Shown here piece after piece: positions 16,853-26,519 of a DNA stretch of 64,000 nucleotides. The notes below the pieces were generated by a model. It saw only the letters and a program-made list of their open reading frames with translations, searched no databases and had not been told where the DNA came from. A program made the position numbers and the translations under genes. The stretch spans positions 9,977 to 73,976 of the forward strand of contig JAXGXR010000001.1 of the NCBI GenBank assembly GCA_040772725.1, read 5' to 3'. Positions within the stretch are counted from its first letter, which is position 1. Each line of letters opens with the position of its first letter. The DNA comes from Clostridia bacterium. GTDB taxonomy: Bacteria > Bacillota > Clostridia > Saccharofermentanales > UBA5734.

Positions 16853-16930
16853 GCGTTTGCGAAGAGACGCTTGCCAATCCCTACACATCTGGATGGGAAC
16901 CGGATCAAGCCGCTGTCCGGGCATCCGCGG

Positions 16931-16960
16931 TAAAAAAACAGCGGATCCGTGGGACCCGCT
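16931..16960 (-). terminator. strong intrinsic terminator (minus strand)
   Basis: A 9-bp stem AGCGGGTCC/GGATCCGCT with a 3-nt loop, followed by U7 on the minus strand (A-run at 16932-38 on plus). Confidence 0.75.
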
Positions 16961-17336
16961 GTTTCGTGTCTGAATGATGATGCATTTCCCTTGTACAACG
17001 TCTACTGACTGCCGTTCGTTCTTTCACAAGCAAGAACAATTAAATATGAGAATGATCCTTATTCAATTCAGATCGAACCGTATTTGTTTTCGTTCGAGTG
17101 AAGAATGAACTCCTTTCTCATCGTCCCGGCCGTTTGTCGGCCGGATGCTTTCGCTGTCCATTTCATAGATTGATGTAACAGGCAGTGTCCGTTTCCTGAA
17201 TGGGTGGTCTTCGAGCCACTATGGCTGTCAGATGTGCATCAAGGGGATGCATCGGTTGATAAACCTACCATTATTATATCTCATGTATGACTGACAATTG
17301 TTACATACTCCTGAATCAGATTTCAAAAAACACACG
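16961..17336 (-). ncRNA. candidate ~400-nt non-coding transcript or long 3' UTR (unclassified)
   Basis: AT-rich and ORF-poor, lying between a promoter-like site (17343-17371) and the terminator at 16931-16960. I found no match to tmRNA, RNase P, SRP, 6S, T-box or known riboswitch signatures. Confidence 0.25.
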
Positions 17337-17342
17337 GTCAAT

Positions 17343-17371
17343 TTTGTAAATATTGTAGAATTTGATGTCAA
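17343..17371 (-). promoter_or_regulatory. promoter-like site immediately downstream of the HD-domain gene
   Basis: Minus strand: TTGACA (17366-71), 17-nt spacer, TACAAA (17343-48). Confidence 0.45.
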
Positions 17372-17392
17372 TGATTGTCACGATGCTTTTCA

Positions 17393-17974
17393 TCAAGCCT
17401 CAGACCCGTCCAGACCGAGCGAGGCTGCCACGCTTCGCATGCCGGCCAGGGCTTCAGTCATGACCGTATCGAGATCCATGCCGATCATATCGGCCCCTTT
17501 GCGGATGATCTCACGGTCGACGCCGGCGGCGAAGGATGGGGTCTTGAATTTCTTCTTCAAGGACTTCAACTCCATGTCCATCACGCTTTTGCTCGGTCGC
17601 ATCAACGCGGCCGCGTTGATCAGGCCGGTCAGCTCATCGATTGTATAAAGGACCTTCTCCAGATCGGTCTGTGGTTCGACATCGGTGCAGATGCCATAGC
17701 CATGGCTCATGACCGCACGGATGATGGTCTCGTCGATGCCGTTGTCGCGCAGAATCTCGGCGGACTTGACACAATGCTGCTCGGGGTAGCGTCCATAATC
17801 CAGATCGTGCAGGAGACCGACGATGCCCCACAGATCAGGAGCCGGATCCTGATAGAGACCGGCGAAGTGCCGCATGACGCCTTCGACGGCGAGCGCGTGC
17901 TTTTCCAGTGCTTCACTGTCATTGTATTGCCTGAAGATGGCCAGTGCCTGTTCCCGGGTTGGTATCATGCCCAT
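17393..17974 (-). CDS. HD-domain metal-dependent phosphohydrolase
   Basis: H...HD signature (VGLLHDLDY) in a ~190-aa HD/HDIG-type protein. Start at the ATG at 17972-74, which has a GGAAGGGA SD. Confidence 0.85.
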   Translation of the reverse strand: MGMIPTREQALAIFRQYNDSEALEKHALAVEGVMRHFAGLYQDPAPDLWGIVGLLHDLDYGRYPEQHCVKSAEILRDNGIDETIIRAVMSHGYGICTDVEPQTDLEKVLYTIDELTGLINAAALMRPSKSVMDMELKSLKKKFKTPSFAAGVDREIIRKGADMIGMDLDTVMTEALAGMRSVAASLGLDGSEA

Positions 17975-18190
17975 TTTCGTTCCCTTCCAGATCACTCCTT
18001 GCCCGTCCACTGCACGCAGTCAGACTGACGGCTTTCCCGATGACGGGAAATCGGATTGTTTTACGTATTTTACCAGTCTGTCCGGGTGATGAAAAGAACT
18101 ATGCAAGGATAGCGGATCAGATGACATGAGGATCGGATTTCCTGATATACTGTTCCTGATGTCAAAATTCGAGACAAGGAGACGACCTCT

Positions 18191-18454
18191 GTGAAAAAGC
18201 TGACTGTTTTCAAGTTGAAATATTGCGGATATTGCCGCCGTGCCCTGCAATACATGGAGGACAGCATCGCAGAGCATCCGGAATACAAGGACCTGTCCAT
18301 CGAACTGATCGATGAGCGGGAACAATATCAACTGGCCAAGCAATACGATTATTTTTTCGTACCGACGTTCTACATCGGCGATGAAAAGGTGCACGAGGGA
18401 GCGGTCTCATACGATCAGGTGAAAAAGATCCTCAAGCGCGCCTATGAAGCGTGA
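18191..18454 (+). CDS. glutaredoxin-like thioredoxin-fold protein
   Basis: 87 aa with a CGYC redox motif near the N-terminus. GTG start with an AAGGAG SD. Confidence 0.8.
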   Translation: MKKLTVFKLKYCGYCRRALQYMEDSIAEHPEYKDLSIELIDEREQYQLAKQYDYFFVPTFYIGDEKVHEGAVSYDQVKKILKRAYEA

Positions 18455-18472
18455 GTCAATCCCGTTCTCGCC

Positions 18473-19912
18473 ATGGATCATAAAGGGGGATTTCCATTGA
18501 TTCGAGATGCCTGTGGAATTTTCGGCATATTCGGCAAGCCCGCCGTCGAGGCCGCGACGCTTGTCTACTATGGGCTGTTTGCCCTTCAGCACCGCGGGCA
18601 GGAAAGCTGCGGCATTGCGTCCAATGATGACGGTACGGTCACGGTTCACAAGGACATGGGCCTGGTGCACGAAGTCTTCACGCCGGCCTTGCTGGAACAG
18701 CTGACGGGCAATGTGGCAATGGGCCATGTCCGTTACGCGACCACCGGCAAAAGTGTGCGTGAGAACGCGCAGCCGTTGGTGATGCGGTATATCAAAGGCA
18801 CCTTGGCGCTGGCGCACAACGGGAACCTGAAAAACACCACCTATCTCCGGGAGACGCTTGAAAGCCAGGGCGCCATTTTCCAGACCTCGATCGATTCAGA
18901 AATCATTGCCTACCTGATCGCGCGTGAACGCTCCCGTTGCCGTTCTGTCGAAGACGCGATCATCGCGACGATGCCGTATCTTGAGGGTGCATACAGTCTG
19001 TTGATCATGAGTCCGAAAAAACTGATCGCTGTCCGGGACCCCCTGGGATTCCGCCCGCTTTGCATTGGTGATCTGGACGGTTCGATTGTCTTCGCCTCGG
19101 AATCGTGCGCATTGGACACCATTGGCGCCCGTTTCGTCCGGGACGTTGAGCCCGGCGAAGTCGTGATCGCCGACCGGTCGGGCCTTCGCAGCATCCGGAC
19201 CTATTGTGGGCTGGCCAGGCGGCTTTGCATTTTCGAGTATATCTATTTTGCCCGACCTGACAGCCGGATCGACGGCCAAAGCGTGGTGGATTCGCGCATC
19301 CTGGCTGGCCGACAGCTGGCCCGGCAATACCCGGTCGATGCCGATCTGGTCATCGGTGTGCCCGATTCCGGGATGGACGCCGCGTCAGGCTATGCCCTGG
19401 AATCGAACATTCCGCTTGTGCGTGGATTCGTCAAGAACAACTACGTCGGTCGGACATTCATCCGTCCTGACCAGGCTCAGCGTGAGACCGCCGTCCGGAT
19501 CAAGCTCAATCCGGTCATCAGCACCGTGGCTGGCAAACGGGTGGTCATGGTGGATGACTCCATTGTCCGCGGCACGACCAGCGCCATCATTGTCAAATTG
19601 CTGAAGGCAGCCGGCGCGAAGGAAGTCCATGTCCGAATCAGCGCGCCACCATTTTTGTGGCCCTGCTATTATGGGACCGACATCCCTTCCCGGGAAGAAC
19701 TGACGGCTCAGAAGCACACGCTCGAAGAGATCCGGGTCAAAATCGGAGCGGATTCCCTGGGGTACCTGACTACACACTGTCTTCCGGAGCTGACGGGTCA
19801 CGCAGACGCGGCGACCAATCCAGTCCATGGTTATTGCAGTGCCTGTTTCACCGGAGCATATCCGGACCCGGAAATGCTGTTGCCGGGTTATGAGAAAATA
19901 TACAGGGGTTGA
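18473..19912 (+). CDS. purF: amidophosphoribosyltransferase
   Basis: Short propeptide followed by the catalytic CGIFGI, a glutamine amidotransferase class II domain and a PRTase domain. An alternative TTG start at 18497 has a better SD. Confidence 0.95.
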   Translation: MDHKGGFPLIRDACGIFGIFGKPAVEAATLVYYGLFALQHRGQESCGIASNDDGTVTVHKDMGLVHEVFTPALLEQLTGNVAMGHVRYATTGKSVRENAQPLVMRYIKGTLALAHNGNLKNTTYLRETLESQGAIFQTSIDSEIIAYLIARERSRCRSVEDAIIATMPYLEGAYSLLIMSPKKLIAVRDPLGFRPLCIGDLDGSIVFASESCALDTIGARFVRDVEPGEVVIADRSGLRSIRTYCGLARRLCIFEYIYFARPDSRIDGQSVVDSRILAGRQLARQYPVDADLVIGVPDSGMDAASGYALESNIPLVRGFVKNNYVGRTFIRPDQAQRETAVRIKLNPVISTVAGKRVVMVDDSIVRGTTSAIIVKLLKAAGAKEVHVRISAPPFLWPCYYGTDIPSREELTAQKHTLEEIRVKIGADSLGYLTTHCLPELTGHADAATNPVHGYCSACFTGAYPDPEMLLPGYEKIYRG

Positions 19913-20730
19913 TGGACATGAACCGGATTCGGGATAAAAAGGGCTTCCTATGCGACATGGATGGCGTCATCTATCATGGCCGGCAGATCCTGCCGGGTGT
20001 CAGTGAGTTTGTCAGCTGGCTTTTGCAGTCCGGCAAACCGTTCCTGTTCCTGACCAACAGCAGTGAGAAGACACCGCGTGAACTCAGCCTGAAACTGCTG
20101 AACATGGGACTGCAGGTCGACGAACGCCATTTCTACACCAGCGCGCTTGCGACCGCGGAATTCATCGCCTCCCAGTCACCGGGCTGTTCTGCCTATGTGA
20201 TCGGTGATTCAGGATTGATGAACGCACTGTATGACGCCGGGATCGTCTTCACGGATACCAATCCGGAATATGTGATTGTCGGAGAAACCCGTAATTATGG
20301 CTATGACTCGCTGCGCCGGGCGATGAACCTGGTCCTTGGCGGAGCCAAGCTCATCGGGACCAATCCGGACACCAGCGGGCCTTCCGAGACCGGCGTCGTG
20401 CCGGGGTGCAAGGCGTTGATCGCCCCGATCGAGCTGGTGACCGGAAAGAGCGCCTATTACATCGGCAAACCGAATCCGCTCATGATGCGCACCGGCATGC
20501 GGCTTCTGGGCGTCCAGCCTGAGGAATGCGTCATCATCGGAGACCGGATGGACACGGACATCGTGGCCGGCATCGAGTCGGAAATCGATACGGTCCTTGT
20601 GCTGTCAGGCGTGACCAATCTGGTCAACCTCAAGACCTTCCCCTATAGGCCAAAGACGATCATCAACCATGTAGGGGAGATCGTCACGCGCGCTGACGGT
20701 GACAAGGGGATCGATCCGGAGGCACTGTGA
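19912..20730 (+). CDS. HAD-IIA family sugar-phosphatase (NagD-like)
   Basis: DMDGVIY nucleophile motif, LTNSS, and a GDRMDTDI C-terminal motif. Start ambiguous among 19909 (TTG), 19912 and 19918. Confidence 0.85.
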   Translation: MDMNRIRDKKGFLCDMDGVIYHGRQILPGVSEFVSWLLQSGKPFLFLTNSSEKTPRELSLKLLNMGLQVDERHFYTSALATAEFIASQSPGCSAYVIGDSGLMNALYDAGIVFTDTNPEYVIVGETRNYGYDSLRRAMNLVLGGAKLIGTNPDTSGPSETGVVPGCKALIAPIELVTGKSAYYIGKPNPLMMRTGMRLLGVQPEECVIIGDRMDTDIVAGIESEIDTVLVLSGVTNLVNLKTFPYRPKTIINHVGEIVTRADGDKGIDPEAL

Positions 20731-20770
20731 TACTTTTTTATGAAATGCTGCCCTTCTGACAGTATTTTGG

Positions 20771-21538
20771 TTATTCTTCGTCGTCGTAATCCTGGTTGAA
20801 GCCGGACGGCATGTCATCCGGGTTGCTTTGTGATGTGGCTGTCAGCCGGCGCAGTTCGGCGATTTCATGGCGGGTCAGGTGACGATACTGGCCATACGGT
20901 AGTTTCCCCAGATTGATGTGCATGATGCGAAGCCTGACCAGTCGGACAACCGTGTAGCCCAAGGCCTCGCACATCCGGCGGATCTGGCGGTTCAGCCCCT
21001 GGGTCAGGACGATGCGGAAGACCTTCGGGTGCTCCTGCCGGACCTGGCATGGGAGAGTCACGGTATCCAGGATCGGGACACCGGATGCCATCTGCGCCAA
21101 AAACCCGGGCGTGACCGGTCTGTCAACCGTCACCCGGTATTCTTTCTCATGTCGGTTATGACCACGCAGGATCTTGTTGACAATGTCACCATCGTTTGTC
21201 ATCAGAATCAGCCCCTCGGAATCGCGGTCGAGGCGGCCAATGGTGAAAATCCGCTTCGGATAGTTGATATAATCGATGATATTGTCATTTCTTCGCCGAT
21301 CGGACGTGCAGGTGATGCCGGTCGGTTTGTGCAAGGCCAGATAGACCGGTTCGTCAAGCGGGATGACCGGCTCTCCCTCAACCATGACAATCTGGCCGGG
21401 GAAGATACGCTGACCGACCTGGGCCGGCTGACCATCCACGGTGACCTTGTTTTCTGCGATCAGGCTGTCGGCCTGGCGTCGGCTGCAGCGGCCGGAGTCG
21501 GCGATGTATTTGTTCAGGCGAATGGATGGAACGGTCAT
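20771..21538 (-). CDS. RsuA/RluF-family rRNA pseudouridine synthase with an S4 domain
   Basis: S4 motif RLNKYIADSGRCSRRQAD and the catalytic GRLDRDSEGLILMTND. Confidence 0.9.
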   Translation of the reverse strand: MTVPSIRLNKYIADSGRCSRRQADSLIAENKVTVDGQPAQVGQRIFPGQIVMVEGEPVIPLDEPVYLALHKPTGITCTSDRRRNDNIIDYINYPKRIFTIGRLDRDSEGLILMTNDGDIVNKILRGHNRHEKEYRVTVDRPVTPGFLAQMASGVPILDTVTLPCQVRQEHPKVFRIVLTQGLNRQIRRMCEALGYTVVRLVRLRIMHINLGKLPYGQYRHLTRHEIAELRRLTATSQSNPDDMPSGFNQDYDDEE

Positions 21539-21939
21539 AGATCCGAAAATTCACGCATGACCGGAACCAGCTGGAGACTGCCGGAAGCGTCGACGGTGAT
21601 CACCGGCACCTCCGGACACTGGTCCTCCAGTGTGGCGATGAAGACACTGTTTCCGGGGTCAGGCGGCATGCCGACAAGTACGTAACTGACCGGATTGTCG
21701 ATCATATATGATGCGACCGTGTGGGCGGCGTTGTCACTGAAATAGACCAGCATCTCGGCGCCCTGTTCCTTGGCGACATTGAACAGATATTCAACTTCGT
21801 CGCTGGCCAGCCAGCGTTCAGCCTTCTTGGGACGGACACAGACAACCTTGAGGTCGATGCCCTCGAAATCGGCCAGAGACCGGCCGGCAAAAATCAGTCG
21901 ATCACAGGATTCCTGATCGGTGACACAGACAAGAACCAT
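21535..21939 (-). CDS. universal-stress-protein-like (KdpD N-terminal Usp-type) small protein
   Basis: MVLVCVTDQESCDRLI... alpha/beta Usp-like pattern. Start at 21937-39 with a GAAAGGGG SD. 4-nt overlap with the pseudouridine synthase gene. Confidence 0.6.
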   Translation of the reverse strand: MVLVCVTDQESCDRLIFAGRSLADFEGIDLKVVCVRPKKAERWLASDEVEYLFNVAKEQGAEMLVYFSDNAAHTVASYMIDNPVSYVLVGMPPDPGNSVFIATLEDQCPEVPVITVDASGSLQLVPVMREFSDL

Positions 21940-22082
21940 TGAAGCAGCCCCTTTCCAAGCGTTGATTTGGATGCGAGCCAATGCCGTTGGCTGTCATCTC
22001 CAGTTTAGGGTCGGAATGTGTCGACATTATGTACGTATCACAACAATTTGGCGACGTTGCCCGACAAGTCCGGCTGCCATCG

Positions 22083-23963
22083 TCACGATCCATGATCAGC
22101 CTTGGCCCGTTTCAAGGTGAAGGTGAAAACCGTACCCTGGCCGGGATTGCTTCGAACATGGATCTGTTCGCCCGACAGGACCAGGATCTCCCTTGCGATC
22201 GACAGCCCGAGTCCGGTTCCGGGCAGGTGATGGGACTTGTCGGCTTTGTAGAAACGGTCGAACACATGATCGATGTCGTCCGGGTCGATGCCGACTCCAT
22301 TGTCCTTGACATGAACCCGCACCTGGTCCGGACCCCACTCCGCATCGATACTGATCGTCCCGCCGGCTTGTGTGAACTTGAAAGCATTGTCCATCAGGAT
22401 GACCAGCACCTGCTCGATCCGGTCGGGATCGGCCATCACATCCGGACATCGGGACAATTTTTCTTCATCCAGATCCAGATTGATGCCGCTTTGTTCAGAC
22501 CGCGGCTTGAACTGGATATGCAGGTCCCGGATCAGATGATGAAGACTGAATGGCTGCGGGTCGAAGGATATGGTGCCACCCTGCAGGCGAGACAGTTCCA
22601 GCATGTCATCGATCAGTCGCGAAAGACGCAGTGTTTCCCGGAGCATGATGTCGTAGTAACGGTCGCGGTCCGCCGGGCTCTGCACCATGCCGTCCTTGAG
22701 CGGCTCGATCAGTGCACGCATCGCGGTGAGGGGTGTGCGCAACTCGTGGGATACATTGGCGACATAATCCTTGCGTGTCTGTTCGAGCCGCTCGGTTTCT
22801 GTCACATCCCGGAAAAGGCCGACCGCGCCGGCGATCCGGCCGAGGGCATCCTCGAGCGGAGTCACGGTCAGGGCTATCGACCGGTTGGAAAAATACAGCA
22901 TCTGCTGACGGGGCTTGTTCTCCTGGATCACCGAACAGAAAATCCCGGTCAATCCGTCTGCCATCCGGAGATCATCGGGCGTTCGGATCTTTGTGTTCAG
23001 TCCGGTTGCGACCATGGGAGTCGGGGCGGCATCCTGCTGCCAGGACCCTGGCTCAAGGCTGTCCAAGGCGTTCATTTCCGCCCGGCTGAGCTTGATCATG
23101 GCTTCATTGATCATCGTGACCCGTCCCGTCGTGTCCACCGCGACTATCCCCTCGGAAATGCCGTCCAGAACCTGCTTCAGCCGATTGCGCTCAAGTGTCA
23201 GGGCGGATATGGATTGAGCCAGGTTGTCGGCCAGATGGTTCATGGTCGACGCGAGTTCACCGATCTCACCTTCCTGCGAATCGTCCGCCCTCAGGCCGAA
23301 TTCGCCGCTGGCCATGGCCAGCGCGACATCGCGGGTCTGCTTGAGCGGCCGAATGACACGGATCGTGCCCAGATAAGCCGGCATCAGCATGAAAAAAGCG
23401 ACTGCCAGGGCGGAAAGGATGAGCGCGACATACATGCTGCGCAGGCTGGCGTTGAGTTCCTGCATCGGCTTGACGAAAAAAACGGTGCCTACGATGGTGT
23501 TCAACCCAAGGAAATTCGAGGTGATCGGGACACCGACAAACAGGAGGCTCTCCGGACTGGATGGGAATCGCTCGGTGAACCAGAGCGAGGACGCCTGCCC
23601 GTTCAGCAGGGGAGCCGATTCCTGATTGATCCGTTCTTCGATTTCGCCTGCGTCGAGGTTGGCGCTTTCAGGCAGGGTGGTGTGGCTGAACGCGCCCGTT
23701 GTCCCGTCCACTACAAAAATGTAGGCGTCAAACAGCTCGAGGGCCGAATGCATCAAACCGTCGAAATAGGGATCATAGGTGAGGAACCGGCCATAAGCCA
23801 GTTGCGCGATTGCCTCGGCCTTGGGCTGTAGCTCACGGACCTTGATGCGCGTGAACAGTTCAGCGGAAATCGCGCCGAAAAACAGGGAAGTGAGGGCCAC
23901 GGTCAGGAAAATGGCGAGCAGCAGCAGGGACATGACCTTCCTGACAAAGATGCTGCGATGCAT
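22083..23963 (-). CDS. sensor histidine kinase (two TM helices, extracytoplasmic domain, HAMP, PAS, HisKA, HATPase)
   Basis: H-box SHELRTPLT, and N, G1 and G2 boxes (DNAFKFT, DNGVGI, GTGLGLSI). Confidence 0.92.
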   Translation of the reverse strand: MHRSIFVRKVMSLLLLAIFLTVALTSLFFGAISAELFTRIKVRELQPKAEAIAQLAYGRFLTYDPYFDGLMHSALELFDAYIFVVDGTTGAFSHTTLPESANLDAGEIEERINQESAPLLNGQASSLWFTERFPSSPESLLFVGVPITSNFLGLNTIVGTVFFVKPMQELNASLRSMYVALILSALAVAFFMLMPAYLGTIRVIRPLKQTRDVALAMASGEFGLRADDSQEGEIGELASTMNHLADNLAQSISALTLERNRLKQVLDGISEGIVAVDTTGRVTMINEAMIKLSRAEMNALDSLEPGSWQQDAAPTPMVATGLNTKIRTPDDLRMADGLTGIFCSVIQENKPRQQMLYFSNRSIALTVTPLEDALGRIAGAVGLFRDVTETERLEQTRKDYVANVSHELRTPLTAMRALIEPLKDGMVQSPADRDRYYDIMLRETLRLSRLIDDMLELSRLQGGTISFDPQPFSLHHLIRDLHIQFKPRSEQSGINLDLDEEKLSRCPDVMADPDRIEQVLVILMDNAFKFTQAGGTISIDAEWGPDQVRVHVKDNGVGIDPDDIDHVFDRFYKADKSHHLPGTGLGLSIAREILVLSGEQIHVRSNPGQGTVFTFTLKRAKADHGS

Positions 23964-24665
23964 TCAGCGGGCCACCTCGAACTTGTAACCCACGCCATAG
24001 ACGGTGATCAGGCCATAGGCGGCATTTTCGTGGGCGATCTTCTGGCGGATGCGCTTGATGTGGGTGTCAACGGTACGGGTGTCACCAAAATAATCATAAC
24101 CCCATACCTTGGCCAGGATCTGTTCGCGATCGAGGACCTGACCCTGATGCGAAGCCAGGAGATGCAGGATTTCAACCTCCTTGGGCGTGAACGGCACCAC
24201 TTCGTTCATGACCTTGACCTGGTAGTTGTCCAGGTTGATCTCAAGCCCCTCGAACCGGAGCAACGAACTGTTGTCCTGACGCCTTTCACCGAGCCGGCGC
24301 AGGACAGCCTTTATCCTGGCGATGACTTCGCGGGGGCTGAAGGGCTTGACAATGTAATCGTCTGCCCCCAGTTCCAGGCCAAGCACACGATCGATCTCCT
24401 CACCCTTGGCTGTCAGCATGATGATCGGCAGACGGCTTGTGCGGCGGATTTCGCGGCAAACATCCGTGCCTGACAGTTTCGGCATCATCAGATCGAGAAT
24501 CATCAGGTCGGGCTGGTCGCTTTCAACCCGTGCGATGGCCTGTTCGCCATCATATGCCGATGAGTGGGTGAACCGTTCGGCATCCAGATAAAGCGACAGG
24601 GACTCATGAACCACGGGATCATCGTCACAAATCAGGATATGCGGCGCTTTCGACATCATCTTCAC
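23964..24665 (-). CDS. OmpR/PhoB-family response regulator
   Basis: Receiver domain (ILICDDD...DLMMP...TAKG) plus a winged-helix C-terminal domain (VWGYDYFGDTRTVDTHIKRIRQK). Confidence 0.93.
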   Translation of the reverse strand: MKMMSKAPHILICDDDPVVHESLSLYLDAERFTHSSAYDGEQAIARVESDQPDLMILDLMMPKLSGTDVCREIRRTSRLPIIMLTAKGEEIDRVLGLELGADDYIVKPFSPREVIARIKAVLRRLGERRQDNSSLLRFEGLEINLDNYQVKVMNEVVPFTPKEVEILHLLASHQGQVLDREQILAKVWGYDYFGDTRTVDTHIKRIRQKIAHENAAYGLITVYGVGYKFEVAR

Positions 24666-24887
24666 CTTCGGTCTGAATTTTCAATTCCATTATATCTGAA
24701 TTGTACCATCACGATCTTGACATGCGGAAAAACCTTCACAATTGTTCGAAATGAATTCAAGGTGGTTTTCGATGGCAGGTGCTGCCAGGCGTCTGTGATA
24801 TAATGGCAGCAAAATTGAACGTTTGATTCGCGCGATCCACGCGGGCAATCCGCTTTTCGCATGATCAATGACGACAGGAGAACAGGC

Positions 24888-25763
24888 ATGTATCTGGCGG
24901 ACCGTTGGACGGACTATGAATTGCTGGACGCGGGCGATGGTGAAAAACTGGAGAGGTGGGGCCGTGTCATCCTGCAAAGACCCGATCCCCAGGCCATCTG
25001 GCCACGCGGGCCGTGGCAGGAACCGCATGCCTTGTATCACCGCAGCGCCACCGGAGGCGGCCACTGGGAAAAGAAAAGGCCGCATGAAAGCCACTGGACA
25101 ATCCGCTACCATGGGGTGGCAGGTGAATTGAGTTTCATCATTGAGCCGACCGGTTTCAAGCACACCGGCCTGTTCCCCGAGCAGGCAGTCAACTGGGATC
25201 ATTGTTCCGGCCTCATCCGGAAATCGGTGTCAGAGGGCAGGCCGCCGAGGATCCTCAACCTGTTCGGCTATACGGGCGGCGCGACCGTCGCCTGCGCGGC
25301 TGCCGGTGCCGCCGAGGTTGTCCATGTCGACGCTTCCCGGGGCATGAACGCCAGGGCCAGGGAGAACCTGGCCGCTTCCGGCCTGTCAGACCGGCTCGTC
25401 AGGTGCCTGGCCGATGACGCGGTCAAGTTTGTGGAACGGGAAGCGCGCCGGGGACGCCGATACGACGGCATCATCATGGATCCCCCCTCATATGGTCGCG
25501 GACCGGGCGGTGAGCTCTGGAAACTGGAGGACGCGCTTTTCGAACTTCTGCAGAAGGCAAGCCTCCTGATGAGCGAGCGACCGCTTTTCCTGCTGGTCAA
25601 TTCCTACACAACAGGCCTTTCCCCCACGGTCGTCGCCAACATGCTCAACCTGGTCATGACACCCCGGTTTGGCGGTCATTCAACGGCTCAGGAACTTTGC
25701 CTGCCAGCCAGCCAACGGCCATTGCTCCTGCCTTGCGGCAGCACCGGACGATGGGAACCGTGA
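24888..25763 (+). CDS. class I SAM-dependent methyltransferase (RlmI/RlmK-like rRNA methyltransferase core)
   Basis: LNLFGYTGGATV SAM motif and DGIIMDPPSY motif. Start at the ATG at 24888, which has an AGGAGA SD. Confidence 0.85.
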   Translation: MYLADRWTDYELLDAGDGEKLERWGRVILQRPDPQAIWPRGPWQEPHALYHRSATGGGHWEKKRPHESHWTIRYHGVAGELSFIIEPTGFKHTGLFPEQAVNWDHCSGLIRKSVSEGRPPRILNLFGYTGGATVACAAAGAAEVVHVDASRGMNARARENLAASGLSDRLVRCLADDAVKFVEREARRGRRYDGIIMDPPSYGRGPGGELWKLEDALFELLQKASLLMSERPLFLLVNSYTTGLSPTVVANMLNLVMTPRFGGHSTAQELCLPASQRPLLLPCGSTGRWEP

Positions 25764-26449
25764 CGAAGCCGGACCAGCCGGTGATCATCCATGAAGACAA
25801 TCACGTGATTGTCGCGGTCAAGCCGCCTGGTTTCCTGTCACAGGCAGATGGCGGCCCGGCACCGGACATGCTCACCTGGCTCAAGGCCGTGATCAAGGAA
25901 AAATACGAGAAGCCGGGCGCGGTCTACCTGGGCCTGGTGCACCGGCTCGACCAGCCGGTCAGTGGTCTCATGGTGTTTGCCCGCACCTCCAAGTCAGCAT
26001 CGCGACTGAGCAGCCAGATAAGGGAACGCCGGTTCGAAAAGGGCTATCTGGCTGTTGTGCACGGACACCCTGTGCCGGCCACAGGAGAAATATGTGTCCG
26101 CTTGTTGAAAGACGCGTCGACCAATCGGGTCCGGGTCGATCCCGCCGGCCTGGAATCTTCCCTGATCTATGAGGTGATCGCCTATCATGAGCAGACGGAC
26201 AGCTCGCTGATCAGCATCTCGCTCGGCACCGGACGCGGACACCAGATCCGGGTCTCGCTGGCCCATCGCGGCTGGCCGATCGTCTACGATCAACGATACG
26301 GTCTGACCGAGGACCGTGGGCTCGGGGACATTGCCCTGTTTGCCAATCGTCTTGGCTTTTTCCATCCAACACGAAAAGACTGGTGCCTGTTTACACAGCC
26401 CATGCCGACCCGGCATCCATTTGACCGTTTTCGACCGTTTGACGTATAA
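25751..26449 (+). CDS. RluA-family pseudouridine synthase
   Basis: Catalytic HRLDQPVSGLMVFART motif. Overlaps the preceding methyltransferase gene. Confidence 0.9.
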   Translation: MGTVTKPDQPVIIHEDNHVIVAVKPPGFLSQADGGPAPDMLTWLKAVIKEKYEKPGAVYLGLVHRLDQPVSGLMVFARTSKSASRLSSQIRERRFEKGYLAVVHGHPVPATGEICVRLLKDASTNRVRVDPAGLESSLIYEVIAYHEQTDSSLISISLGTGRGHQIRVSLAHRGWPIVYDQRYGLTEDRGLGDIALFANRLGFFHPTRKDWCLFTQPMPTRHPFDRFRPFDV

Positions 26450-26519
26450 TCAGATCATGAATTCATGACAATAATTCCATGATATGAAAATCCTGTGCTT
26501 ACTTGAAAGGAGGCAGCCC

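Noticed and set aside
16860-16930. TPP- or FMN-riboswitch-like fragments upstream of the NMT1-type ABC operon: minus-strand GATCCGG...GTGTAGGGA, and plus-strand TCTGGATGGGA at 16888-98.
   Set aside because: Only short fragments match. The CUGAGA/GGGGUGC part of TPP aptamers and the GGGUGAAAUUCCC/ACCGGCGG parts of FMN aptamers are absent. The FMN-like piece is on the wrong strand, and the segment lies upstream of the best candidate promoter.
17301-17313. A minimal start-stop ORF (AGGAG-T-ATG-TAA) on the minus strand inside the candidate ncRNA.
   Set aside because: The SD-to-ATG spacing is only 1 nt, too short for efficient initiation. It is likely coincidental.
21981-23831. Very long ORFs antisense to real genes. 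They are 21981-23831 (616 aa), 45827-47377 (516 aa), 62199-63446 (415 aa), 32730-33950 (406 aa), 10373-11578 (401 aa), 41352-42494 (380 aa) and 6549-7667 (372 aa).
   Set aside because: Each lies opposite a gene with unmistakable family motifs. Their translations are low-complexity and Arg/Gly/Asp/His-rich, with no recognisable domains and no SDs. Long stop-free antisense frames are expected in high-GC coding DNA.
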